DNA of 64,000 nucleotides from a virus (Duplodnaviria; Caudoviricetes), in the IMG/VR virus record IMGVR_UViG_3300021960_000017, one strand, 5' to 3'. The notes beneath the pieces were generated by a model. It did not search any database and was not told the origin of the DNA. It saw only the letters and a program-made list of their open reading frames with translations. The position numbers were made by a program, and so were the translations under genes. This document shows positions 19,853 to 29,204 of this stretch, piece by piece (position 1 is the first letter of the stretch; each line of letters starts with the position of its first letter).

Positions 19853-20365
19853 ATGAATGCTATGAAAAGTTTAAAAACATATCTAATGGAAGCACAAAAA
19901 ACCTATCAGTTTAGGTTGAAGGTTGCTTGTGAGTGTAATGAAGAAACACTTGATAAACTAGAAACAGCCCTAGAAAAGTATGAGCTAAAAAGTTTAAGTA
20001 AACCAAAGCGCACACCTATCCAGGAGCACCCAACAGATTTCCAGACATTAAGTAATGCAGAAGTTTACTTAATGGATGCTGAAGTTACATACCCAGTAAC
20101 TGCTTACCAATTATATGAATACATTAGCCAAGTAGTTGGTATACCTGCCAACCAATTAGTAGTAATAAACAAAGATCATCCAGAAGAGATTGCTAGAGAA
20201 GAAGCACTCCAAGAGGAAGGTGCGGAATACATTACCAAACTCGACGATGCCGATTATAAAGATGCAGACGCTGTCAAAGTAGAGGATCATTTCGGCGACA
20301 AATACAACGAGAACATGTTGAAAGATTTAGAAACTCGCAAGTATGAGTTTGCAAAGGAAAAGTAA
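19853..20365 (+). CDS. Hypothetical virion-morphogenesis protein
   Basis: 170 aa, acidic. TAAATA at 19838-19843. Confidence 0.6.
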   Translation: MNAMKSLKTYLMEAQKTYQFRLKVACECNEETLDKLETALEKYELKSLSKPKRTPIQEHPTDFQTLSNAEVYLMDAEVTYPVTAYQLYEYISQVVGIPANQLVVINKDHPEEIAREEALQEEGAEYITKLDDADYKDADAVKVEDHFGDKYNENMLKDLETRKYEFAKEK

Positions 20366-20366
20366 T

Positions 20367-21839
20367 ATGCATATGATTGATGTAGTGCAGAAACTAAAAG
20401 AGATTGCTGAAAAAGGTTATGATAACGAAGACATCCAACGCGGTATTACTGCTGCCAGTAAACACCAAGTAACAGAGGATGTTCAATCAGAATATCAAGA
20501 TTTGCTAAAGTCAATGGCTGGTAAAAACGAACGTGCAAGAACAAAGCTTCTTGGTGATTTTATGGACAAGCACAGTTTACCAGGCATGTATGATCCTGAA
20601 AGTGGTTACTATGTCTATATGGGCAACGATGGTCCTGAGATTTCAGGATATGGTAATATGAAAAGTGCTAAAGCACTTGCCGCTAAAGGATTGTTACCTG
20701 ACGTAGTTAGAAAAAGATTTGGCGATCAATTAAAAGATGCAGAATCTAATGCAAAACTAAAAGTAGACTATGAATATCCTGACTCTGGTAGACCTACTAG
20801 ACCAAGTGTAACTTCAGAACTACCATTTGGTAAAAATCCTAAACTTGCTAAAGATATGCGAGACATTTTAGGTTTAGATGACAAAGCTAAAGGTAAAGCA
20901 TCAGACGAAGAACCTGCAAAACCTAGTAAACCATCAGCTGATTACTCAAACACAAACAGCGACATAGGCGCAGGCGAAGATCCCAATGATACCGTAAATA
21001 CTGCAAATATTTTTCCAGGTAAAGTAGATAAAGAAGAACTTCCGCCTCCAGGAAAAGGTTATACTGGTATACCAACTACAGCAGCAGGCGGTAATGCAGG
21101 CACAAACAGTGACATTGGTACAGGCGAAGAACCAGTACTGCCAATGTTCAAACGTGGGGGAAAGCCTGCAGGAAAATACAACAGGGATGCAATTAAAATG
21201 GAAGAAATTGAAGAAGTATACGAATCTGAAGAAGAAAATACTGCACTAGAAGACATTCTAAGATTAGCAGGCCGTAGTGGCGTTCTTGGCATGAACAAGC
21301 CAGTTAGTATAGTTGCTGAAAGTTTAGAACTTGAAGAAGGCAGTATGAAAGACATGATGCATGCAGCCGCAGAAGACATGGAGCTCAAAGATTTTATTGA
21401 ATATAGTGCAGAGGAATTTGGTATGTCCAAAGAAGGAGCTGAAGAGTTCTGGCAAGCTATAAATGGTGAGATTGACGAAGCAGAAGTACAGGAATGTGAT
21501 GCAGTTGAAGAAGAAGCAGTTGAAGAAACAGTAGAAGTTCCAGTAAGCACACTAGCAGATCTTATGCGTCTTGCAGGCTACACAGACTACCAGGAAAAAG
21601 TAGAAGAATATGCTAATGATCCAGCAGAAGAATACATGGACGCTGAAGAGCAACTTATTGGTTTAAGTGGCGGCATGAACGGTCCTAAGAAAATGTATCC
21701 AGCTGCGGCAGGTGGTGACAATCCAATGGATCAAGAGCCAAGAGAAATTGAGGAAGTAGCTGAAGCAGAAGAAGACTTCACTACAAGTTTTTACAAGAAG
21801 TATGATGCCTTCTTAGAAAGCCTCAACAAGGATAATTAA
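20367..21839 (+). CDS. Highly acidic head-associated/internal protein (scaffold-like)
   Basis: Glu-rich C-terminal half, two xxRLAG motifs and a short NSDIG.GE.P repeat. Start placed at ATG 20367, right after the upstream stop. Confidence 0.55.
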   Translation: MHMIDVVQKLKEIAEKGYDNEDIQRGITAASKHQVTEDVQSEYQDLLKSMAGKNERARTKLLGDFMDKHSLPGMYDPESGYYVYMGNDGPEISGYGNMKSAKALAAKGLLPDVVRKRFGDQLKDAESNAKLKVDYEYPDSGRPTRPSVTSELPFGKNPKLAKDMRDILGLDDKAKGKASDEEPAKPSKPSADYSNTNSDIGAGEDPNDTVNTANIFPGKVDKEELPPPGKGYTGIPTTAAGGNAGTNSDIGTGEEPVLPMFKRGGKPAGKYNRDAIKMEEIEEVYESEEENTALEDILRLAGRSGVLGMNKPVSIVAESLELEEGSMKDMMHAAAEDMELKDFIEYSAEEFGMSKEGAEEFWQAINGEIDEAEVQECDAVEEEAVEETVEVPVSTLADLMRLAGYTDYQEKVEEYANDPAEEYMDAEEQLIGLSGGMNGPKKMYPAAAGGDNPMDQEPREIEEVAEAEEDFTTSFYKKYDAFLESLNKDN

Positions 21840-21840
21840 G

Positions 21841-21936
21841 TAACACACGAGTTATAGGTAGCCTCTTTTCAAGTTAAGTAGGGGATCAACAGGCGTGTGA
21901 CATAATAGTCACTGTCAATACAGATACCTAAGGAGT
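21841..21936 (+). promoter_or_regulatory. Candidate structured RNA leader
   Basis: CACACG 21844-49 pairs with CGTGTG 21894-99. TAGGTA 21855-60 pairs with TACCTA 21925-30, which abuts the AGGAG RBS. Also GTGAC/GTCAC and CTGT/ACAG hairpins. Confidence 0.4.
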
Positions 21937-21943
21937 AAAAACT

Positions 21944-22111
21944 ATGAAGATTGTAAGTTGGGTAAAAGACCGCTTCGCTGAACGTACATCATGGGACGGC
22001 GGCGTAGTTATAGCAGTCAGCGTACTCGCCTTAATAGCTAGTCCAATAATTAAATGGGTGGCATGGGCAGGTTTAGCCTATGGTATCTGGACTATTATTA
22101 AAAAAGGTTAA
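21944..22111 (+). CDS. Small membrane protein (55 aa; absent from the ORF track)
   Basis: AAGGAG RBS, then MKIVSWVKDRFAERTSWDGGVVIAVSVLALIASPIIKWVAWAGLAYGIWTIIKKG*. Confidence 0.75.
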   Translation: MKIVSWVKDRFAERTSWDGGVVIAVSVLALIASPIIKWVAWAGLAYGIWTIIKKG

Positions 22112-22138
22112 TAATCTTTTCTAAGGAGGAGAGTATAA

Positions 22139-22369
22139 ATGGACGCTCTTAAAAAAGTAAAAGGTTGGGCAGCATCACTAACAGACGTTGGTGTAAGTCT
22201 AATCGCACTAGGAATTGTTCTTGAAGTTCTATTCAAAGGTTCAGTTCCGTTTTGGTCAGACATGAGTGTAATTGCTAATGTTACAGGCATTATCAAAGGC
22301 TTATCAGCAGAAGGACTTGTTGGTCTAGTTGCAGTCTGGGTCTTGTACCATATCTACAAGAGTAAGTAA
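22139..22369 (+). CDS. Small membrane protein (76 aa)
   Basis: AAGGAGGAG RBS, two hydrophobic helices and a basic C-terminus. Confidence 0.75.
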   Translation: MDALKKVKGWAASLTDVGVSLIALGIVLEVLFKGSVPFWSDMSVIANVTGIIKGLSAEGLVGLVAVWVLYHIYKSK

Positions 22370-22398
22370 TAGTTTAGATACCTAAACAACTACTCGAG

Positions 22399-22422
22399 AG
22401 GGCGGCTTTTTGCCGCCCTTTC
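22399..22422 (+). terminator. Rho-independent terminator
   Basis: AGGGCGGC-ttttt-GCCGCCCT-TT. The same stem occurs at 29205. Confidence 0.8.
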
Positions 22423-22458
22423 ACTTTGTGATAAGTATTCATATATGAGGAGTAAGAT

Positions 22459-22887
22459 ATGCGTGATGAATATTTTGTCCCAATGAACGAGATAGTTCTT
22501 AACACACAGACAGAGACAGGATATGAATTACCAGAGGATGTTACAGTTTATGTAGGCGCTTTATTAGCCAGTTTCATCGATAAACCAGACTTCCTCCCTG
22601 AAAGAAGTTTTGCTGATGCCTACAGCAAACTTAGAAGAAAAGATTTAAGCCAAGCAAAAGAGCTAGGCGATACATGTCTATTTTTAAGTGGGGTGTTTCC
22701 CAAATATGGTAGGCGGTATGGATTAAATAAACGATACTATCGTGAGATAGGGTCAAACAGTTATGATATTGCAAGTATGCGAATGAGTCATGAAGTGTTT
22801 AGTTTGCTATCAACACACTTTGACTTTGTTGCAGATTTCATAACACTTTGCACACACAAGAAGCATAAAACTATAATAATAGGATAA
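22459..22887 (+). CDS. Hypothetical protein of a bacterial-type unknown-function family
   Basis: KELGDTCLFLSGVFP...YYREIGSNSY block. GAGGAG RBS. Confidence 0.6.
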   Translation: MRDEYFVPMNEIVLNTQTETGYELPEDVTVYVGALLASFIDKPDFLPERSFADAYSKLRRKDLSQAKELGDTCLFLSGVFPKYGRRYGLNKRYYREIGSNSYDIASMRMSHEVFSLLSTHFDFVADFITLCTHKKHKTIIIG

Positions 22888-22890
22888 GTT

Positions 22891-24456
22891 ATGTCTAAAA
22901 GTTTAGATGGCGTTTTAATTAAAAAAGCACATAAACAAGAAAGTTATACCCATAAACAAATCCAAGAGTTTGCAGCATGTGCTGATAGTAGATCAGGACC
23001 TATGCATTTCTTGGAGAACTATTTTTATATACAGCATCCTACAAAGGGCAAGTTGTTATACACACCGTTTGAATATCAACAAAAATTATTAGATACCTAT
23101 CATAATTTTAGATTTAATGTTAACATGTTACCTAGACAAACTGGTAAAACAACTACCGCTGCGGGTTACTTGTTATGGCGTGCTATGTTTGTGCCAGATA
23201 GTATTATCCTTATTGCAGCACACAAATATTCTGGTGCTCAGGAAATTATGCAGCGTATTAGATATGGATATGAACTATGTCCTAATCATATCCGTGCTGG
23301 TGTTACCAGTTACAATAAGGGTAGTATAGAGTTTGATAACGGTAGTAGAATTATAGCACAGGCAACTACTGATAATACCGGACGTGGTTTAAGTATTAGT
23401 ATGCTATACTGTGACGAGTTTGCGTTTGTGAGACCAAGTATTGCTAGAGAATTCTGGACAAGTATTTCTCCTACACTTGCTACTGGTGGACAGGCAATTA
23501 TTACAAGCACGCCTAACAGTGATGAAGACCAGTTTGCTATGATCTGGAGAGATGCAAACAAGTGTTTTGATGCACACGGTAACGAAACAGATATTGGCGT
23601 AAACGGTTTTAAAGCATATCGCAGTTACTGGTGGGAGCATCCTGACAGAGACGAAAAGTGGAAAGAAGAAGAATTAGGACGCATTGGTGAGGAGCGTTTT
23701 AGACGTGAACATGATTGCGAGTTTATTATTAATGACGAAACTTTAATCGATAGTCTTGTTCTTACAAATATGATTGGCACAGATCCTATACACAAGCAGG
23801 GCACAGTGCGTTGGTATAAAATGCCCGAGCGTGGCTGCACATATATTGTTGCCTTGGATCCCAGTTTAGGAACAGGTGGTGATCCTGCTGCAATACAGGT
23901 ATTTGAAGCACCAAGCATGATACAAGTTGCAGAATGGTGTCATAACAAGAGTGCTATACCACAGCAAATAGACATTTTATCAGGTATATGTAAGTTTATA
24001 GGTGATCAGATTGGTGACTCAAACAGCGTGTACTACAGTGTGGAAAACAATACACTTGGCGAAGCAGCTCTTATTAGCATATACGAGCGTGGCGAAGAAA
24101 ACATTACTGGCGTGTTTTTAAGTGAAAGTAAAGCACATGGCAACAGTAGAAGGTTCAGAAAAGGCTTTAACACCACACAGAGAAGTAAGTTAACTTATTG
24201 TAGCAAGTTAAAAACCATGGTAGAAACAGACAGACTTAAAGTAAAAAGTAAACTTCTTGTTAGTGAACTTAAAAACTTTATAGCAAATGGTACAAGTTAT
24301 GCTGCAAAGATAGGCGAAACTGATGACTTAGTTATGGCTACACTACTAGCAGTGCGTATGGCTACAGAAATTAAAAACTATCTACCAGAACTAGATAATC
24401 ACATGAGGGACGGAAGCGATCAAGACATCGCTCCGATGCCCTTTGTAATAGTTTAA
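22891..24456 (+). CDS. gp17: Terminase large subunit (T4 gp17-like)
   Basis: Walker A PRQTGKT, Walker B LYCDEFAF, ITSTPN, and nuclease acidic motifs ALDPSLG and TDDLVMA. Confidence 0.97.
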   Translation: MSKSLDGVLIKKAHKQESYTHKQIQEFAACADSRSGPMHFLENYFYIQHPTKGKLLYTPFEYQQKLLDTYHNFRFNVNMLPRQTGKTTTAAGYLLWRAMFVPDSIILIAAHKYSGAQEIMQRIRYGYELCPNHIRAGVTSYNKGSIEFDNGSRIIAQATTDNTGRGLSISMLYCDEFAFVRPSIAREFWTSISPTLATGGQAIITSTPNSDEDQFAMIWRDANKCFDAHGNETDIGVNGFKAYRSYWWEHPDRDEKWKEEELGRIGEERFRREHDCEFIINDETLIDSLVLTNMIGTDPIHKQGTVRWYKMPERGCTYIVALDPSLGTGGDPAAIQVFEAPSMIQVAEWCHNKSAIPQQIDILSGICKFIGDQIGDSNSVYYSVENNTLGEAALISIYERGEENITGVFLSESKAHGNSRRFRKGFNTTQRSKLTYCSKLKTMVETDRLKVKSKLLVSELKNFIANGTSYAAKIGETDDLVMATLLAVRMATEIKNYLPELDNHMRDGSDQDIAPMPFVIV

Positions 24457-24475
24457 AAGTAATAAATACAATATA

Positions 24476-26896
24476 ATGGCAGACACGACATCAAAAGACT
24501 TATTCAATAAACTCCGTGGAAAATTCGGAAACCTAACGCTGGGCAAAGCAGATGGCCAGCAAACACTCATGCCCCAAGAGGCAGTATTTTTTGAATTTGA
24601 TTATACAAATCAGGGACAAAAATTAGGCAGTGTAGTAGTAAGTCTAGTTGATGAAGGTGCCCTAAAAGTCTATTTTAACAACGACATTGTTACCGAACAG
24701 GATGCAGACGCTACACAAGGATTTTATGATTTCCTTACAGGACTAAAACATTTTGCTACTGCTAACATGTTAAACTATGAAGCAAAAAACATTAGTAAAA
24801 CTAGACTTGACAAAAAAGATTACGAATATCTCGCCAATCAGAATAAGACAGAGGAAGAACTTGCTATGGAAAGCAGACTTTACGGCAGCAAGCAAAAGAG
24901 TTACCAGGATTTAAATGGTGCAAAACTTATTGTTCAGCATACTCGCACTGTTGATGAAGAACGTCACGGCGCTCGTAGTAGAAACATTAAAGCAATTTAT
25001 ATTGAAAACGGCCAGGGCGAACGATTCCGTTTTGAAAACAACTACCTACCTGGTGCTAGAGCAATGGCACGTCATATTAGCAATGGCGGTTATCAAAACG
25101 ATCAATATGGCGAACACATTTCAGAAATCATGGCAGAAATGTCACAACTAAAAGATTTTGTTCGTGGTGTTAAACGCAATGACTATGTAAATGAAGACGC
25201 ACAAGACATTATTGAAAAAGCAACTGGCAGATATTATGGTTTAAAAAGCACACTAGAAAGTATTAGCAAACAAAAAGGCTATACAGATTATTTTGAAAAC
25301 TACTCACCAGATGCTGTTGAAGTATCTGATGATGATATTAATGATATCAAATCTAAATTAACAAGATCAGTATTTGATGACAGACTAGAAGGCAGTTTAT
25401 CTGCTGTGGGTAAAGCAATGAAATTACAAGAAAAGAAAAGCGGTGATTATTACGATATGGACGATTTCATTGCTGCTGCTAAAAAGAATGGTGCAGAAAT
25501 CCAGAGAGACGAAGACGACAAAGGTACAATTACACTTACTGCAACTGTAGCTGGCAAAGAGATTGGATCATTTACACAGGACAAGCAGGACCGTGAAGGA
25601 CAGAAAGTTGCTAGTAGATTTAAAAATCCTGGCTATGGAGAACTTAACATGGATGACAGTGACCGTGGCGATGCTCCAGGTCGTGAATTTACAGTACCAA
25701 GTGATCTAAAACTTATTCCAGGCGAGATGCCAAAGTTTACTGCTAGAGATAACAAAGCAGTGCTACAGATGATTCTAGTAGACATTGCGAGTAGAGCAGT
25801 AGATGATGAAGTAAGTATTTTTGCTGCTGATATGGCAGAAAAAATTGGTAGTCAAGGCGGTCCATTTGGACAGGTAGACACACCAGAATTTAAAGGCCAG
25901 AAGAAACAAGCAATTGAATTAGCAAAAATGTATTTGGCTCAGCACAAAAAAGCAGAAGAGAGTATTGATATGAAAGCACAAGAAGTCACAGGCGTAAGCA
26001 GCAGAGATTATTTTGCAGAATATGAAGACAGTATGTCAGAACTTATCGGCGAGAAAAAAGGCAAGGATCATGACGGTGATGGAGACATTGACAGCGATGA
26101 TTACATGGCTGCTCGTGACAAGGCAATCAAAAAGTCAATGGGTAAAAAAGTAGGCGAAGCAACTTCATCAGATGCTTCTGCTATGAGCGATGAAGCTCAT
26201 GAGCTAGTACTATTTGGCGAGAACGATGGTGACTTGTATCGTCAACGCACTACACCAATTGTTAAAAACCTTGCAAGGAAAATGGCAAAGGGTGTATACG
26301 ACAGCGAGTTGGCTAAGAAACTTTGGATGTACTGGGCAACAGATGCTGCCAAGCGTTATGCACAACAGCACAGTGTAGGCACAGATTGGAATCGTATCTT
26401 TAATACATCAGTTCGCCGTGAAGTAGCAGCATACATGGAAGACTACTGGAAAGGTGAACTAGAACTAGGCAACACTATAGATGAAGGCATGGACGAAGGT
26501 TGCGGCAAGCCTCATAGAAAGATGAGAGAAGACGAAACCCAGGTTGATGAAGGCAAAATGAGAGACATTGACCAGCATGTTGAAGAAATGATTCAAGATG
26601 GTGCAAGTGACGAAGAAATTATGGCAATGCACCCAGGCGTAGTTACACAAGAATATCTAGATCAGAAGAGAATGGAATCTGATGAAAAATATTATGACGA
26701 TATGGAACCAATGGAAAGCGTAGAACAAGCACAGGAAGGCACTGACGAACTAGACTGGATTAAACGCATGTCAGGCATAGGGTCAACAGCAAGAAGCAAT
26801 CACGGGCTAAGAGAAGGCGAACCAGGCTATCGAATAACACCAAGAAGTATAGTTGCTAGAGAAATGAGAAAACTACAAGACATCGAAAGCAAATAA
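24476..26896 (+). CDS. Large acidic head-associated protein with inserted modules
   Basis: 806 aa. ATAAATA at 24462-68. EF-hand-like DHDGDGDIDSDDY. C-terminal ELDWIKRMSG motif. Confidence 0.6.
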   Translation: MADTTSKDLFNKLRGKFGNLTLGKADGQQTLMPQEAVFFEFDYTNQGQKLGSVVVSLVDEGALKVYFNNDIVTEQDADATQGFYDFLTGLKHFATANMLNYEAKNISKTRLDKKDYEYLANQNKTEEELAMESRLYGSKQKSYQDLNGAKLIVQHTRTVDEERHGARSRNIKAIYIENGQGERFRFENNYLPGARAMARHISNGGYQNDQYGEHISEIMAEMSQLKDFVRGVKRNDYVNEDAQDIIEKATGRYYGLKSTLESISKQKGYTDYFENYSPDAVEVSDDDINDIKSKLTRSVFDDRLEGSLSAVGKAMKLQEKKSGDYYDMDDFIAAAKKNGAEIQRDEDDKGTITLTATVAGKEIGSFTQDKQDREGQKVASRFKNPGYGELNMDDSDRGDAPGREFTVPSDLKLIPGEMPKFTARDNKAVLQMILVDIASRAVDDEVSIFAADMAEKIGSQGGPFGQVDTPEFKGQKKQAIELAKMYLAQHKKAEESIDMKAQEVTGVSSRDYFAEYEDSMSELIGEKKGKDHDGDGDIDSDDYMAARDKAIKKSMGKKVGEATSSDASAMSDEAHELVLFGENDGDLYRQRTTPIVKNLARKMAKGVYDSELAKKLWMYWATDAAKRYAQQHSVGTDWNRIFNTSVRREVAAYMEDYWKGELELGNTIDEGMDEGCGKPHRKMREDETQVDEGKMRDIDQHVEEMIQDGASDEEIMAMHPGVVTQEYLDQKRMESDEKYYDDMEPMESVEQAQEGTDELDWIKRMSGIGSTARSNHGLREGEPGYRITPRSIVAREMRKLQDIESK

Positions 26897-26918
26897 TCAA
26901 CACAAAAATAACAAACTA

Positions 26919-26942
26919 GAAGAGGTCCGCAAGGGCCTCTTC
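26919..26942 (+). terminator. Terminator hairpin
   Basis: GAAGAGGTCC-gcaa-GGGCCTCTTC. Confidence 0.75.
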
Positions 26943-26944
26943 AT

Positions 26945-26972
26945 TTGACAACTAGAACAAATATGTTATAAT
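26945..26972 (+). promoter_or_regulatory. Sigma70-type promoter TTGACA-16-TATAAT (TGn)
   Basis: Consensus hexamers immediately before ORF 26979. Confidence 0.75.
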
Positions 26973-26978
26973 AGTATT

Positions 26979-28082
26979 ATGTTTTTTAATCTATCTAAAA
27001 AATTAGATAAAAATTTTCCTAACCATTATGTGCTACCAAATAACTTGGTTTTAAGCACTGATGATGGCTGGAATACAAAAACTATTGAGAAGTATACATT
27101 TGTATACAAAGGCTATGTAAATCATTGTCGATTAGAGGATTGTTTAGGAGATTTACAGGAGCAGTCTTTCCCTACTTTTAAAGGTAACTTTTGTGCTTTC
27201 ATTGCAGATAGCAATAGTGTAAGACTTATTCATGATACTAATAGAGGATTTCCCCTATGGGTGTCAAGTGATTACTTAACTAATTTACATGAAAGTGAAG
27301 AACAAATTTGGGCTGACTGTATAGTTGAAGTACAGTCCGATTTGACTGTAAACAAGCAATGGTATAAACCTTTTACATATCCAAACAATACACTGACTAA
27401 TGAGCAAGTTATTGAAACTCTACATAACAAACTGTGCACAACAGTAGAACAGTTTTTAACACACAATACACTACCTTTAAAAGTTTTTTTAACTGGTGGT
27501 ATAGACACTACAACTTTATGGGCATATATAGATCATTTTACTAAAAACTATGAATTACTAGATTACATTTATATTAAATTAACTCCGTTTTATAAATCTA
27601 ACGTTATGAGATTAAAACAGTTTTGGGCATATAATCAAATACATTTATGGGACGCAGATTGTGTATTAGTTACCGGCGGCAACGGCGATGAAAACATGTT
27701 ACGTGGCCCAACTGCATTGGCGATGATATTGAAACATTGGGGACTTACCTTAGACGACATTCTTACTCCAGATGATTATCATTACACTTATTTTAAAAAA
27801 AAGAATATAGACATACCGTCCTCCATCAATGATGACGTATTTCACTCTGTGTTAGATATGAATATTAATGATCATCAACATTGGCATTTAGATAGGACAC
27901 TAACTTTTACTCCTTTTAAAGATATTACTTTATCTGAAACAATATTATCTGCTAGTAAAGACCTAATAATAAAACAAGCAAAAAGTGCACATATCAATAA
28001 AGAGCTAATAAGAAAATTAGACTCAAAAAAATTAGATAAAATTAGTAATCAAAAAAATTACAAAAATTTCAAAATCTTATAA
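26979..28082 (+). CDS. Asparagine-synthetase-like ATP pyrophosphatase/amide ligase
   Basis: LKVFLTGGIDT (SGGxDS variant), VTGGNGDE, and an N-terminal Ntn-like region without the catalytic Cys1. AT-rich. Confidence 0.6.
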   Translation: MFFNLSKKLDKNFPNHYVLPNNLVLSTDDGWNTKTIEKYTFVYKGYVNHCRLEDCLGDLQEQSFPTFKGNFCAFIADSNSVRLIHDTNRGFPLWVSSDYLTNLHESEEQIWADCIVEVQSDLTVNKQWYKPFTYPNNTLTNEQVIETLHNKLCTTVEQFLTHNTLPLKVFLTGGIDTTTLWAYIDHFTKNYELLDYIYIKLTPFYKSNVMRLKQFWAYNQIHLWDADCVLVTGGNGDENMLRGPTALAMILKHWGLTLDDILTPDDYHYTYFKKKNIDIPSSINDDVFHSVLDMNINDHQHWHLDRTLTFTPFKDITLSETILSASKDLIIKQAKSAHINKELIRKLDSKKLDKISNQKNYKNFKIL

Positions 28083-28217
28083 AATTTTTATATCAAAAAA
28101 ACTTAAATTTAATTGTTGACAAGATAAATACGAATGTCATACACTATAAGAGTTAGTGTAGAGTATGATTTAGGCATTAACAAAGGCTAAAACAATAGGC
28201 AAAGGAGAATAGGCACT

Positions 28218-29195
28218 ATGGCATCTTTAGCAGAAATTCGTGCAAAACTAAAAGCACAAGAAACACGCACAGAGCGTACAAGCGGCGGCGGCGACAACGC
28301 AATTTTCCCACATTGGAATATCCCAGAAGGCTCAACAGCAGTTGTTCGATTCCTTGCGGATGGCGATCCTTCCAATACATTCTTTTGGAAAGAGCGTCTA
28401 ATGATCCGTTTACCATTTAATGGTGTAAAAGGACAGATGGACAGCAAGCAGGTAGTAGTACAGGTACCCTGCGTAGAAATGTGGAACGATGCCTGTCCAG
28501 TACTCAGTGAAGTACGTGGATGGTTCAAGGACTCCAGTTTAGAAGAAATGGGCCGCAAATATTGGAAGAAACGTAGCTATATCTTCCAGGGCTTTGTGAA
28601 CGAAAACCCAATGGTAGAAGACGAAACTCCTGAGAATCCAATTCGCAGGTTTGTAATTAGTCCAAGCATTTTTGGTATTATTAAAGATGCACTTATGGAT
28701 CCAGATATCCAGGAGCTACCAACTGATCTTGATGCAGGACTTGACTTCCGCATCACAAAGACTACCAAGGGTCAGTATGCAGATTATAGCACAAGTAAAT
28801 GGGCTCGCAAAGAAACCGCTGTAACTGCGGCACAAAAGGCTGCTATTGATGAACACGGCTTATACAATTTGTCCGATTTTCTACCCAAACGTCCTAGTGA
28901 GGTAGAACTAAATGCTATCAAGGAGATGTTTGAAGCATCAGTTGATGGCGATGCGTATGATGTTGAGCGTTTTGGGCAATACTATCGCCCATATGGCGTT
29001 GATGCTCCTGCAGGATCCTCTGTGTCTGACACCCCTGCACCAGCAGCAACTCCAGCGCCAGCACCTGCGACTGCACCTGAACCAGTTGTAGAAGCAGCAC
29101 CACAGCCAGCTCCAGTAGCAACAGCACCAGCAGAGTCAGGCGGTAAGAGTGCGGATGACATTCTTGCAATGATTCGCGCAAGACAAAAGTCCTAA
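28218..29195 (+). CDS. gp32: Single-stranded DNA-binding protein (T4 gp32-like)
   Basis: AVVRFL, CPV...WFK...RKYWKKRSY, G.DFRI.K.....Y.DYSTSKW, and a Pro/Ala linker with a DDILAMIR tail. Confidence 0.9.
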   Translation: MASLAEIRAKLKAQETRTERTSGGGDNAIFPHWNIPEGSTAVVRFLADGDPSNTFFWKERLMIRLPFNGVKGQMDSKQVVVQVPCVEMWNDACPVLSEVRGWFKDSSLEEMGRKYWKKRSYIFQGFVNENPMVEDETPENPIRRFVISPSIFGIIKDALMDPDIQELPTDLDAGLDFRITKTTKGQYADYSTSKWARKETAVTAAQKAAIDEHGLYNLSDFLPKRPSEVELNAIKEMFEASVDGDAYDVERFGQYYRPYGVDAPAGSSVSDTPAPAATPAPAPATAPEPVVEAAPQPAPVATAPAESGGKSADDILAMIRARQKS

Positions 29196-29204
29196 GGCAA
29201 AAGT

